A DNA stretch of 63,959 nt, filler included, from Bonamia ostreae (Eukaryota): assembly GCA_040357525.1 (NCBI GenBank). It is 38 parts of 38 records of this genome, joined end to end, with 100 filler letters (N's around TTAATTAATTAA, not from the genome) between each part and the next. Parts side by side here need not be neighbours in the genome. Positions count along the whole stretch, not along the records: positions 33,847 to 35,429 come from JBDODL010001591.1; positions 35,530 to 37,111 come from JBDODL010001592.1; positions 37,212 to 38,793 come from JBDODL010001593.1; positions 38,894 to 40,473 come from JBDODL010001594.1; positions 40,574 to 42,153 come from JBDODL010001595.1; positions 42,254 to 43,833 come from JBDODL010001596.1; positions 43,934 to 45,512 come from JBDODL010001597.1; positions 45,613 to 47,191 come from JBDODL010001598.1; 30 more parts are not named here. One strand, 5' to 3'. Position numbers and translations under genes: made by a program. The notes beneath the pieces were generated by a model. That model searched no databases. It was not told where the DNA came from and saw only the letters and a program-made list of their open reading frames with translations. Positions 35,175-48,970 of the stretch are shown here, one piece after another; positions within the stretch are counted from its first letter, which is position 1; every line of letters starts with the position of its first letter.

Positions 35175-35429
35175 ATGGCTGTTTTGGTGTTGTTGTTTTG
35201 GTTTATAGATTCGTTGTTTTGTGTAAAATTATCGGAAAATGACTGTTTTGTAGAAAAATCGAGAATTTTTAAGATTGTTGATATTGATAACGAGGAAAAA
35301 ATGTTTTTGGAGAACTTTGGAGTTGGTTATTTGGTTTGTCGCAGACGTGGATATTTCCCGAAATTTAAAAGGGGGTGGACTGATTATAAAGAAAATGTTT
35401 TGAATTTGGTGTGTCGAAATGGACGGATT
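35175..35429 (+). CDS. Secreted Cys-module protein, 5' part, possibly related to 22612-23454
   Basis: Signal peptide; DC..YLVCRRRGY..LNLVCRNGRI. Confidence 0.5.
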
Positions 35430-35689
35430 NNNNNNNNNNNNNNNNNNNNNNNNNNNNNNNNNNNNNNNNNNNNTTAATTAATTAANNNNNNNNNNNNNNN
35501 NNNNNNNNNNNNNNNNNNNNNNNNNNNNNAAATATAGTCGAAAATCAAAATTGAAAAATTGTAATTTATTTTATTCCGTTGAAAAGAACAAAAAAAATTA
35601 AGTCGAAAATAAAATTTTTAAAATTGAAAATTATTTTTTTTCCGTTGAAAAGAACAAAAAAATTTAGTCGAAAATCAAATTTTAAAAAT

Positions 35690-36984
35690 TGAACCTTCTT
35701 TTCCAGTGATTTCTTTGACGGTAATGTTGCACCATTTTTGCATATTTTTGGGCAATTTTATTTTTTTGTCTTTTTTGACATTATTTTTGTTTTTAGATAT
35801 TTCGTTATTCGGAAAATTTTCTTGTTGCAACGACGCGTAAAATGTTGAATATCCCATTGGATCATTAATATTTTGTTGATAATTTTCCATATTCTGCATT
35901 GTTTGAAAATTTTGTTGATAATTTTGTTGATTTTGCGCATTCTGCAGTGTTCTCAGATTTTGTTGATTTTCCGTGTAAATTTTAGCGATTTCAGAATTGA
36001 TATAAAAATTTGGCGACAATAAATAATTTTGATCGTTGTGATAACCTTCCGCAGTGTTTTTAGAATCCAAATTGTTTTTGTTTTCCAAATTTAACTTTTC
36101 ATAATTTTCGTTCAAATTTTCCGTTTTTTGATCCAAATTTTCGTTTTCAACTTTATTCGTTTCTTCTTTATTGGCGAATTCTTGTCTTCCATCGATGTTT
36201 TCTTCGAAAACTGTTCTTTTTTCATCCGTTTCGGACTTTTCGTTTTTGTCGATCGAATTTATTGAAATGTCGGAAATCTCTTCCGTTTCGATCGAAATTT
36301 CGGGCGATTTTTGTGTTTTGGCCAAATTTTCAAATTTGTTAAAATTTTCCGTTTCGACGGATTTTTCCTTCGGATTTTTGAATTTTCGATATTTTTTAAA
36401 GTTTTTGTCGTGTTCGTTCAAATCTTTCAACGTTATCTGTTGCCCCAAAAAAGCTAAATTTTAATTTTCTAAAACTCGACCATTTGTTTTCGACCATTTT
36501 TCTTAGTTCGACAAAATACATTTTGCTGTAATTTTTGACTTTAACGGAGGAATCGAAAACGAGTTGTTTGTACAAGAGCTTCATTGCTTCGCTGCTGTGC
36601 GGCCCTTCTTCTTTCCCGTCGCTGTCGACGTACCACCATTTTCGAATTTGATAATGCTTGAGTCGCCCGGAACGCCTTTCATATCGACTTTGACCTCGGA
36701 AATGTTTTTTGATGCGAAAAGGAATTACGAAAAGCTCTTTTTCAAACTTTTTCGTTCGCAATTTTTTTAATTTTTTGTTGAAAATGGCAAAAGTTTACCG
36801 GTTTGTTTAGATTTTCAAAGTACAAATGAATTGGTTCGTTGATGTGGTCGGTCAAGATTTCGCATTCGGAAGTGATTTTAAAATCGTTTTCTGACGTTCG
36901 GCTTTTAAAAAGCTGCAGCAATTCTTTTGAAGAGTAAAAATGGCGTTTGATTTGTTCTTGGTTTGTGTTTTCGCTGTCGTCCAT
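35690..36984 (-). CDS. GYF-domain protein (GIGYF-like), spliced, partial
   Basis: N-terminal FYSSKELLQL (4EHP-binding-like motif); WWYVDSDGKEEGPHSSEAMKLLYKQLVF. Confidence 0.75.
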
Positions 36985-37304
36985 TTTTGAAATCTGTCAA
37001 TAGTTTATTTTGGTGTATTTTAAAAACTTTATTTAGACAAAATTTTGTTTGATTTATAGATTCGGTAAACGCTTTTTTATGTTTTCGATAAAAATCGATC
37101 CTTTTTTTTTCNNNNNNNNNNNNNNNNNNNNNNNNNNNNNNNNNNNNNNNNNNNNTTAATTAATTAANNNNNNNNNNNNNNNNNNNNNNNNNNNNNNNNN
37201 NNNNNNNNNNNTGGACATTTTTGTATTTGATTTGGAAAAGCGTTTTTGATTTTTGTGTAATTAAAAAATATTTTTTGTTATTGCTGAATTTTAAATGCTT
37301 TTGA

Positions 37305-37726
37305 AACCTAGTCCATTTTCATAAGCACAAGATACCAAAAAATGAGAATACAACCCCGTTTTATCGATCCAGAAAACGCCATTTTCTTGAATTCCTTTAT
37401 CGCTCACGGGAAATTCTTTTACAAAGACGCTGGTTCTGTTTTCTTTGGTTAAAATTGCATCCGAACAAGAAATGTTTTCATTTATCTAAAGGTTTATTCA
37501 AAACGTCTTCTTTTAGTCCAGCGACAAAATAAATTGGATAATCTTCTACTGTTGAAACAGAAATGTAATAACTAAAAGCAGCCCGCGTTTTTCCATTGCT
37601 GTCATCGTTGCTATAGACAGTTTCATATTCAAATGCCCTTGGCAATCCTGTAACTATTTCATTCAATTTGTATTTCAGAGAGTTTATTGCTTTTAAGCTC
37701 AATAGAATTATGAGAAGCTTAAACAT
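37305..37726 (-). CDS. Signal-peptide protein, possibly a GOST/TMEM87-like lumenal domain; 19-nt intron 37486-37504
   Basis: MFKLLIILLSLKAINS..LKED|INENISC..FWIDKTGLYSHFLVSC. Confidence 0.5.
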
Positions 37727-38119
37727 TATAGACAAGTAACGTATATTTTTATTGCAGTCTGATAATTTTATTTTATCATTTTTTATTAAATCCCACGCCA
37801 AAATAAAATTAAAAATATTCATCAATATTTTTTATTTGGAATTTGGGCTCACGGCATTCAAGGTCCCGGATGACCGTCTTGCCCGAGGTACTGTAACTCT
37901 AGAAAGTTTCTTAACGGACAGATGTACAGACCATCGAAAATTCAAATCGCTAAATTCATTAAAATTCAGATCCCAAAACTTTTCTGGTAAAAATTCTAGC
38001 TTTATTTGGCCCATTTGTGTAATAATGTTAATCTCTGTTCAATCTTTTAGCAGTTTCTTCTGTTATCTCATTTTCCCAAATCATTAAATCATCAATAAAC
38101 AATATTTTTCTTAAATCTT

Positions 38120-38793
38120 TGAGCGTCCCTCAGGCCACAACGGGTCGCTCGCCGTTACTGAGGGAATCCTTGTTAGTATCTTCTCCTCCGCTTAGTTATA
38201 TGCTTAAATTCAGCGGGTCACCTTACTTCACTTGAGACTTTTGTCGATCTGCGAGACTACTTGGCTGGGCGCCGCACGGACACGTTCGTACTTTCATAAA
38301 TGGATTCAAAAAAATATATGCGTTCTTCATTGTTGCGAGAGCCTAGTCATCCATTGCAAAGACGGTTGTCGGGAGTTTTGCAGCGCTGTCACTGTCGCTG
38401 CATTTGTGTTGCCAAGCTGTAACCAGAGTATGTACAAAACGTTGGTTCGCGGTTGAATTTATTTGTGCAATAAAATGTGGTAATGATCCTTCCACAGGTT
38501 CACTAACGGAAACATTGTTACGATTTTTCCTTCCTCTAAACAACAAGGTTCACGAAGCTTCTAAGAACGCGGAGCGCTCTTATCCACCTAATTCACCTCA
38601 TTATTCAATCGGTTGAAGCGACGGGCGGTGGGTACACTGGGCAGGGACGTAAGCAATGCAAGTTGTGGTCGTGCGGTTACTAGATATTCCTTGGTCACGA
38701 GGAACACTTGCCCTCCTCTATCCCCACTTGGGTGCGCGGTGAAGATTACCCGGCCTTGTCAAGCCGGGTCAAACTCGTTGAACGCACCATTGT
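38120..38793 (-). pseudogene. rDNA pseudogene: 18S 3' end (38481-38793), ITS1, truncated 5.8S (about 38319-38369), ITS2 remnant, 28S 5' fragment (about 38120-38238)
   Basis: GAACCTGTGGAAGGATCATTA, GGATGACTAGGCTC..ATGAAGAACGCA and ACCCGCTGAATTTAAGCATAT are present, but universally conserved sites are mutated and segments are missing. Confidence 0.88.
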
Positions 38794-41700
38794 NNNNNNN
38801 NNNNNNNNNNNNNNNNNNNNNNNNNNNNNNNNNNNNNTTAATTAATTAANNNNNNNNNNNNNNNNNNNNNNNNNNNNNNNNNNNNNNNNNNNNAGATTAG
38901 TCACTGTTCGTTATATTCACCATTCATGGCCACATTTTACGAACAAAGAGAGAACAAACTGAGACGCAGCAACAGGATCTCTGTGAAATAATTTGAATGG
39001 AACAGGTTACATATTTCTTTTTTCTATGTAGGCATGTTGTTCGATGATGGTCGTCGTGATTACCATTGGGTATGAGAGTAAGACGGATTTTATTTGATAA
39101 AAATTAAGAAATGATAAGGAACAAAACTTTTCGTAATCGATAGGTGGCGTGATCCAAGCTACATGTAATAAATCCGTCATAGGTAAGTAGAGAAAAACCG
39201 TGTGTCGTCACTGTAGGCTAATAAATATACCTTGAATCGTGACTGCGTTTTGAAAGGTTTTAAAAGAATCTCTCTATATCAAATAATGCAGCACAATGGT
39301 TAAAAATAAATACCACGTTTTCACTTTTCAGTTCCACTTCAGTATATGGGAATTGGATAAAAAAGAATTCAAAGCATTTCTTCGCAGGACATCTTGATAT
39401 CCCGATGTCTTTGCTTATCCCTTGAGGTGTTCCGCAACACTGATTGCAAATGACGTGTCCACATCTTCTAATCCGCTTCTTCCATTTACTCTATTGAGTG
39501 TGATATTGAATCATTATGCGATTATCAATTCATTTTCTGCTTTTGCATTGCCACACTAGTAGTACTTATTTTGAATACGCATGTACACATATCAGTCATT
39601 TCAATGCACCTCTTTAGGACACTGTTATAGAAGCAAAGTCTATAATTCAAATTACATTCAGAGAAACTATATTCAAACTTTTAGCGCATTTATGTAATTG
39701 ATTTGATAATGAATATGGAAAAAAAATGTGTCTGTCGTTTCTTTTCAAGAAAAAATAATTCTCATTTTTACCCTAATGATTATTCGTAATATTCATGTAT
39801 AGAAGTTAAGGAAGCCCAAAATCATACCTTCTCACATGGAATATTGTGGTCGCCACTGCATGCGGGATAACCATTCTTAGATTTTTTTATGTCAAAGAGG
39901 AACAACATTTCCTAAAGAAAAATAAGAGATCCATGAACCTTCATGGTCACCTGAGTATTTTAAATCTTCATTTAGGTTAAGTAGTAAGGAAGACAGGGTC
40001 CATGCGATAATTAATGAAAAGTATTGCTTGGAAATGATTTTAGTTCTATCATGCATTCAGCTGCAATGTGAAAAGATGAAGACAACAAGCAGAGATCAAA
40101 CTCATGACCCCTGTATAGAATAGAAAAGTAAGAGAAAGGCAAATACCAGAGGTTGGNNNNNNNNNNCTGTGAGCCCTATACATTGATCAGGAACACGGAG
40201 TAGTATGTAGTCAAAACCATTGTGGAAAGAACAGCCTTAGAATTTGTACGAAACATGCCAAACAATATGTACTACAATGGCAAGTTTTAATTGTAAATTA
40301 AATCGTAATAACGGCCACAAACTTTGCAAAATACAGACTTTAAACGAAACTGTTGATACCCGTGTAATAAAAACTTATTTGTCAGTAGATTGCCTTGATT
40401 TAAAAGCTCCCCATACGTAGAACTTGCGCTTGCGTATCGAATCTGCTAAGATACGTACAAACCATATACAGGTNNNNNNNNNNNNNNNNNNNNNNNNNNN
40501 NNNNNNNNNNNNNNNNNTTAATTAATTAANNNNNNNNNNNNNNNNNNNNNNNNNNNNNNNNNNNNNNNNNNNNAAATCAGTGTGCCAAGAACGGTTTGAA
40601 AGTTATAGATCATGTTTTTAATTGTAGTACCGAAGAATTGTCAAAGTCTATAATCTTTAATATTTCAAAGTATACTTGAACATGTACACGTTGCTACATG
40701 TAAATTCTACATTTCCTGAAAACAATGCCAACATTTCTCTCACGATTTTAGTGTTAACGATCAGAGAGGAAACTTCGATGTCATTCTCAAACATTTAATA
40801 ACAGCAAGAAGTAGTGTTTGTGCATGCTTGTGTTCGATTTGTCAAAATGAAATAAATGAAAAAATACTGGGGGTTTTTTCTCGAAAGCCTCATATCAAGT
40901 TATGTCACTTTCTGTCGTTAAGTTAAAATTATAGAATTATAGTTCAACCCGTTTCATTTATTATCTGGCAAATTTTCATCTCAAATATAGCTACCTTGCA
41001 AATGTACAATTAGGATAATTAAAGATTGCAATCTTCAACTGAAATTGAGGATATAGGACATGTTTTGTTGCATGTAACTCTTAATTATTCAGTTTCCAAT
41101 TCTTAAGTATCATCGAGGAAAAGTGTACCTTATATTTTGACGGCCAGGCTTCGTTATATCTCTCTTCAGTTGATGCCATAATTTCTCTGGTTTAGAAAGC
41201 CTTTGATCTGTATCTGTGAGATTACCTATCTTGCCAACTCCGTCATATTAAGATTTCACCGCTTGTTTGATTTTCAATCCTGTAACAGAACAGGATGCTA
41301 TTGTTTGGTTTTTTTTTCAGGAGTACATATGAATTATTTCTACGATGTAATTGTATATTGTTTAACGTCCCGATCTAGTTTTTTATTTTATATGGATATG
41401 TCATCATTGCCGGTGAAGGGTTGAAAATTTTCGTTATCTTCACTTTCAACTATTGGTGTCAAAGAGAGTGTGAACTTGCTTTTCATACCAACATCTACCC
41501 TCTAAAATAAACTATGTTTCGACAAGCATTAATTAGTTTATGTTGATATTGAATTAAATTGTCTTCGTCATTTCGCACATAAACATGGCATTTCTGATAG
41601 TCATTTTCATGTATGAACACATCAATCAAGCTGCCTTTTTGTTTTAGTTTAAACAAGTTTTTTAAGAGACGTAAAGTTGGATTTAAACATTAATAATCAG

Positions 41701-44043
41701 CTTGCACGAACATGCAGTTACATATAAAACATGCAATCGGGAAAAATCAGATTGAATACGATTAAACTGAATATCAAAACTTACCTCGCAAACATTTCGT
41801 AACGAGTTTTCCTCAATCTATCGTTACAATAATGTCTCTACAGTCCCTTTAACAGATTTTTAAAACATTTTATCAAATACTTGTATCGATACACGTCTTG
41901 CATATAACTTTAAAAGGACGTAGCGCGCTCTATAATTGGTACATTATCACACAGGTATTATACTACAAGTTGGCAATAAAGCAATGTGAAAAGAGAATCT
42001 CGAAGACGAAGGATTCATCGATTGCACGCATATTGCGGTTGCCACTAAATAAGAACGGTGATTTGTTTTAATTTAAAAGCATTACAGTAATAATGACGTG
42101 TGGAAAGGTATGAATGATTAGTCGCATGTCTCTTAAGGAAAGATTAGTTGATTNNNNNNNNNNNNNNNNNNNNNNNNNNNNNNNNNNNNNNNNNNNNTTA
42201 ATTAATTAANNNNNNNNNNNNNNNNNNNNNNNNNNNNNNNNNNNNNNNNNNNNATTGATTAAATCAATCTATATTAGACGGAAATTGATACAGGTTTTCT
42301 ACTTTGAAGCATTGATAATGATAAGCAACATGAGGATGGTACTTCTTTCAATCATTTTGTTGCAATTCAAAAACAAGAACTTGTTTTTGTACTACTCCCG
42401 ATGGTATTGACGTAGTTGTTGTTATAGATAGAAAATAGATCATCTCATGCCAACGTTGAAGCCTATTCTCTATACTAGAAACACTGGAAATATTATAGAT
42501 GTACATGAGGTTATAACCCTATTGTATCGTCTTTAGTTTCCATCTTTTCTCTGTATGAGTAATGACTCTTTTCTGCATTTAAACTAGCCATGAGACATAT
42601 TTCCAACACTTAATACGTAATGTAATACAGTAATTGATAATGGAAAAAGTTACTAATTTTCTTAACATTTGGCGGTCATCTTTTAAAAATATATGATCCA
42701 ATCATATCGTTCCTTTACAGATGATTAAAAGATGGCCCCCGGTTGAAAACTGCAGTTGTAAAAAAAAAAAAAAAAAAAAGGATATATTTTTTTTGAAGTA
42801 CTTGACAAAAGTATTTTCGAAATAAGGTGAGTTTTTCCGACTTCAAAATGTTATTAGTAGAATATTATAGGATCCATTTCTCAATTTCATAGAATATACC
42901 GTCTGTTTTCACGTTAAATAACTCACCCGGCCCAGCAGTCGACTAAAATAAAGATGTCAATTTTTTAAAAGGACTTGTTTTCGGCAAAATTTGGTGACAA
43001 TTTAGAGGAGTTATTTGGAAGGCAAATGCTACAGAATGTAGTAAATTCATACCTTTATTTAATTATCTTTATAATCACCGAAATTGGATATTACCCTTCA
43101 ATAATAGAAGCATTTTTGTATTATATCAAGACGGGGGCTTGTAACTGTTTCATTATTGTTCTGAGAGGTAGAGAGTTGGGTAGTGATGTTTAAAATGTTA
43201 TTGTATTAAGGAGTTACAGTGATCGAAAAAATGTTGAAAGATTAGAAAACCATTATGAGAAGTTTTATTCATTGAAATTCAAAGTTCAAAGGATTGTAAT
43301 TCTAAGGATAAATGGGTTGGGTGTCGTTTCGACATATTAGTAGACGCATACTAATATCTCTCTAACATATACATTCTACTTATGGTCTATAGTGATCAAT
43401 CATTCTCAGTTCAATGTTATCGCCAGTTGTATGAAATCATATTTAATGAATTGTGTTCTTTCACATGTTTTCTATGGTTTGCAATTTATATCAGATACTG
43501 AACAGACCCTGTAATTGACTAGTAGTTTTTTCTATTTTGAGGAAATGCCACAGATGTTTTACAATTGGTTGTATTCACTAGCAAAAGAAACTTTTTCATG
43601 AATTCACAAATGGAGGTCATTGATTACAAATGCTAACAGGGATAGAGTTCTATGCTTACCTTCTGCGACACAGAATGCAATCATAACGATGAACAGGAAT
43701 AATATCATACGATGCATGCCTGGAAATAAATATCAGAGATTGATTAAAGTATGCATGACTGTAAAGTCAAATTCATTTGATATGCACTTCCTGTTTGTAA
43801 ATGATTTACAGCTAGTTCTTTCTAATATACTTCNNNNNNNNNNNNNNNNNNNNNNNNNNNNNNNNNNNNNNNNNNNNTTAATTAATTAANNNNNNNNNNN
43901 NNNNNNNNNNNNNNNNNNNNNNNNNNNNNNNNNTTCTCGAAATTTATTTTTTTGAAAATTTATTTACTCAATTTTTTGAAGATTTATTTAAAGACATTAA
44001 CTGTGGGAACTTAAGTTGTCTTTAGAGCCCAAGATAAAATATT

Positions 44044-45140
44044 TTATTTACATTTTTCCACAAAACGAACCAAATCTCTAAACGGATAATCTCGATGTCG
44101 ATTCCAAAAAAAAGATTTTTTCCATTTTATCGCTGGTTGACTAATTTTATTGCAAAATAAGGAAATTTTGAAAATTGTTATTAAAATTTGGGCGAGAACC
44201 AAATTGTCGATAGTCCGTGTAGAACTTTTGCGATGGAATTGGCGCTTGGTTTGAATGTGTCCATGATTCTTTTAATCTCTTTTACAGATCTTTCGATGTC
44301 CTTTTCTATTTGTCGACTAAATTTTGAAAAATTTGAACATTCCGATTGGCGACAGAGCATTGATTTTGTCTTTGTCGTTCAATTTTGAGTCAATTTGTTG
44401 ACACAAAATTTTATCATTTTCGCTGGAAAAATAGTTTTCCGTCAAATCGAACAATTTGTTCGTTTGTTCTTTTTTGGAGCAATAAAAAATCAATTTTTTT
44501 AATAACGAAAATCCAAATTTGTAATGAAGAAAAAACAAAATTTTGTAACAATAAAAAATAATAAAAAACGATGATCTTCGTTGTTAGAAAAATTGCGCAA
44601 AGCGATCAATTTCAAAGATTGCCCAAAAATGATTTTCTTCATTAATTGACGATTCTCAAAATCGTCCAATTTTCTTTTTATCAATTTGGCCATTTGGCCA
44701 ATTTTTATTTTGAGGCCAAAATCAAATTTGATAAACATCGTTTTCCTTTCCCATTTCAAGTTTATTTTGTGATTCGCTTTTAAAGACAACAAAAATCGCT
44801 GGAAACTCAAAAGATCGATGCGCAGTGTATTTAGAATTCTCGTTATTTTGGATTTGTAACGACCGTTTGTCTTTCTCCCGTTTTCTAAAATGAATTTTAA
44901 AATTCCGCAATCGTCTTCTATTTCTGTTTATAAAATTTGGTCAAAATTAACATTTTTATAAAATTGGCCAAAACCGTCAATATTTTTTAGCAATCCGATA
45001 GAAACGACGGAATGAATTTGGCCGTAGCAATGAAAGCAGCTTTGTTCCGTTGATTTTTCATCGATTAAAATTTTCAGTTCTGTTATTATCGTTTCCACTG
45101 TCGATCCAGAAATATCCAAATCTTCGCCCAAATTATCAGT
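44044..45140 (-). CDS. RECQL4: RECQL4-like helicase C-terminal region, spliced
   Basis: LDISGSTVETIITEL; ANSIAKVLHGLST..FWNRHRDYPFRDL. Confidence 0.7.
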
Positions 45141-45179
45141 GTCCACTGAAATGTACAAATTTTTATTAATATTTAGCTT

Positions 45180-45512
45180 TTTGGAATTTTCGTCATTTTC
45201 ATTTAAATTTTTGTCAATTTTTTTATTTTGGCCATTTTCACCATTTTTGTTAAAATTTTCATCATTTTCATTTAAATTTTTGTCATTTTTTTTATTTTGG
45301 CCATTTTTGTTAAAATTTTCGACATTTTCATTTAAATTTTTGTCAATTTTTTTATTTTGACCATTTTCGCCATTTTTGTTAAAATTTTCGTAATTTCCAT
45401 TTAAATTTTTGTCAATTTTTTTATTTTGGCCATTTTTGTTAAAATTCTCGTCATTTTCATTTAAATTTTTGTCAATTTTTTTATTTTGGCCATTTTTGTT
45501 AAAATTCTCGTC
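45180..45512. repeat. About 60-69-bp intronic minisatellite (CATTTAAATTTTTGTCAATTTTTTTATTTTGGCCATTTTTGTTAAAATT)
   Basis: About five copies, running to the contig end. Confidence 0.9.
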
Positions 45513-45612
45513 NNNNNNNNNNNNNNNNNNNNNNNNNNNNNNNNNNNNNNNNNNNNTTAATTAATTAANNNNNNNNNNNNNNNNNNNNNNNNNNNNNNNN
45601 NNNNNNNNNNNN

Positions 45613-46774
45613 ATTTTGATAAATTCATCATTATAATTTGCCATTTTGCCCGAAAACTTTGAATTGCCATTTAAACTAATTTGACTCAATGAATTGTATT
45701 CTTTGGCCAAAATTTTTTTGATTTTTTCAAAATGCTGCGTATTCGTCAATTTTTTCCTTTGGCTAAGATTTGTAAAATATTAGCTTAAAATGTTTCCTAT
45801 TGAAAGAGCAAATTTTGTAATTTTGCAATTTTGCAAAAAAAAACGTAAATCGGTTTGGAAAATGGCTGTTTTTGAGAGTTTCTACGAGTAATTGATCGCT
45901 GTTTATAACATTTGAAAATTCTTTGCAGTCGAAGCTTTTTCGTTTTAGCAAATTTGCGTCGGTATCTATTTCCAGTTCACAAAAAGTAGTTTTTTTGAGG
46001 CCGTTTTTTCTTTCAACAGCTTTTATGTTTCCTTCGTCCCATTTTTTAGTAGAAGGACTAAATTTGATTGCAAAAATTTTTTCAAAAATTTATTCGAAAA
46101 CTTTTTAGATTTTGGAAGCGGACAACGAAAAGAAAAGTTATTCAAACTGATATTCGAAAACCCTGAAAGTCCGAAATCAATTAAAAATTTTAGCTCAAAA
46201 TCTATATGGCTTTCGAACAAAGTCCAATTTTCTTGAATGTTATTGTTTTCGTAAAGATGTTCTATCTTCTTGGTTATTTTTGTGTTCACAAATTCGATCT
46301 ATTTTATAATTTGCAAAACTTTTAAAAAGTCGCTTTTTTTATTGAATCCGTAAATTGATTTTGCTCTAAATATCGTCAATTTGTTTATAAAATTTTTACC
46401 TTTTTATTAAAATTTTTATTAAAATTTTGCAAATTTAATATTTCTAAACAGATATTTAGCTCTTTATCAGCAGAAAAAGAGGTTTTTAGAGCTTTGTTTA
46501 AATTTCTGGCAAAATCGTTTGCAGTTTCATCGTTAATCATTTCCCCGTTATTTTGAAAAACGACATAAGGAAAATAATTGTGTACATTTATACAAGCCTT
46601 TTAAAAACGATATTTAGTCTTCAAAACATTCTGAAGACTTTCTGTCGCCCCAAAAAGTTGGATCAATGGCGTTTTAAAAAGTTTTGTGTTTTTATACTTT
46701 GTTTGTTCACAATCAAACAATCTGTTCAGAGGCGCCATTACGCTTTGGACTGAAAATATTTTCATCGAAAACAT
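45613..46774 (-). CDS. REV3: DNA polymerase zeta catalytic subunit, N-terminus, spliced
   Basis: MFSMKIFSVQSVMAP..PLIQLFGATESLQN|ACINVHNYFPY; LFESHIDFELKFLIDFGLSG. Confidence 0.85.
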
Positions 46775-48970
46775 TAGAGAGATCATATATATTGTTGTTT
46801 ACGATTTTATTAGCAATTTGCATATAGTTTTTAATTTTGTTGATGTTGTTGAGCTTAAATATTTGGAAAAATAAAAAATTTATGTAGTACTAAACCACAA
46901 CAAAACACTTAATCCCACTAAATCTATTATCGCATTGACTGTTTTAATGATCACGCCGTAATCTTTATTGAGATTATTCAATTTTTTGAAGCCCAACGTG
47001 AACCAAACCGCCTTTTATTTTATTGTTACAAATATTTGGGAATAAATGGGTTTGTTGTTGCTGTAAATAAATATAAACGATAATGGTGGAAATGGAGATG
47101 ACCATTGACACAAACATCAATAATATCATAATTAAGACAAATCGTTTGAAGCGCAATAACGGATCCTTTTTGATATTCGTCATTAATTTTCNNNNNNNNN
47201 NNNNNNNNNNNNNNNNNNNNNNNNNNNNNNNNNNNTTAATTAATTAANNNNNNNNNNNNNNNNNNNNNNNNNNNNNNNNNNNNNNNNNNNNCTAACCCGG
47301 GTCCCAACGGGAAAAAAGAGATTGAAATAAAACTATGTTAAAAAAAAATCATGAAATGCATAACATACATGCTTCCGCTTGTGATATGTCATGGTAAATC
47401 TTTTGTATCATCTGCAGATTTTCTTCCTGCGGCCGCTGTGGTGTGTTACCTAAGCATATATTACAATATTTGATTTGAAATTTTTCTCTTACAATACAGT
47501 ATGCAATGCACAATTGGTTAACAAATAAGACATGTATCATGATTCATAGAAGTGCTGAAAATGAAATCAAAGTTTGTACGAAATGTACCTTGAAAACCGG
47601 CTTCAAGTTGTTTCAAATCATTGGCAATGACTTTTAATTTGTCAGAAAGCGCTGATTCTGGAATTAAAGTATTTGCTTGGTTAAATGCATGACAGAAAAG
47701 GTTGTGTAAAATGACGATAAATGCGGCAAAATGATGAAAACAAGCTTATAAAGAAAAAATCACATTTTGCACTCCTCCTCACTTTTAGCTCACTTTAGTC
47801 ATGGACTCTAGTGAACTTTTTCAAACTGAAATGCATATGTCGTCTGAGATTGTAGTTGATGCATCTTGCATTTGTCGTCGTCGTCGTCGTATCTTATTGT
47901 ACACACATTTTCTCCTGTCATCATATCATGCACGCATTTGGAGGTGTGACAATTGGAGAGAGAGAAAGAGAGATAGGGAGAGAAGATTGTGATGCCGATA
48001 TGTGTTAATTGAAGCAGAGAACCCAGTGGGGATACCTGGCCAGTGGAGCGGCGAAGTTGGAACTTTAATGTTCCTATTGGGACGCTACAATCAATACTTT
48101 TACAGTAGTGCTTAAATAAATGATCTATCAAGTCAAAATATATCAATGTTTAGTATATTTACAATTTCATGATATGTAAATCAAAACGCATAGACCAAAC
48201 TTTGTTTTATTTTATATTGTTTATATATATATAGATATGCACATGGAGGTTCGATTCTTCTCCGTCCCGATCCTCCCTAATTCTAATGCCAAAGCCCCTA
48301 GGGGTATAGCTATTTGCCAGAGGTTAATTCACGATTGCACGACCAACGGGATGTCAAAGTTGAATAACACAACAAGTTTGTAGTTTCGCGCACTTTATTT
48401 TGAATTTTTTTGGTTCTAACATAGACAATGACAATTTCTACAATATGTAAATTTTCACAACAATTTACCCGCTACCCCACTCCGGTCGTCTGCTGCTATC
48501 ATATTGAGAAACAGTTCCGTTACACCTTTTTTATTTTCTTCCGCTTAGAATTATCTTATAAGAGACCAGAAACATTTAAAGAGCTGACAAATTGTAATGG
48601 GTAATTAGTACAGTCTCAAACCAGGGTTCTCCTTCTGCCCAATCTCAGTTAAATATCTTGGCTCTACAGTTGAATAAAACTCTCACCACAATATGATTTC
48701 AGCGCCACAATTATATCCGTCAAAGCGTAAGTAAGCAAAGGCGATGAATAGGAAAAGAGAGTTCTGCATCAGCCATTCTTCATGTAAGAAAACAGTAAGC
48801 ATTCCTTACCGCCCATCCTCACATTTAATTATACAGAAGATATCCCTCATTATATATAGATTATTGGGGGNNNNNNNNNNNNNNNNNNNNNNNNNNNNNN
48901 NNNNNNNNNNNNNNTTAATTAATTAANNNNNNNNNNNNNNNNNNNNNNNNNNNNNNNNNNNNNNNNNNNN

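Noticed and set aside
38232-38849. Short ORFs over the rDNA
   Set aside because: Spurious translations of rRNA and ITS sequence.
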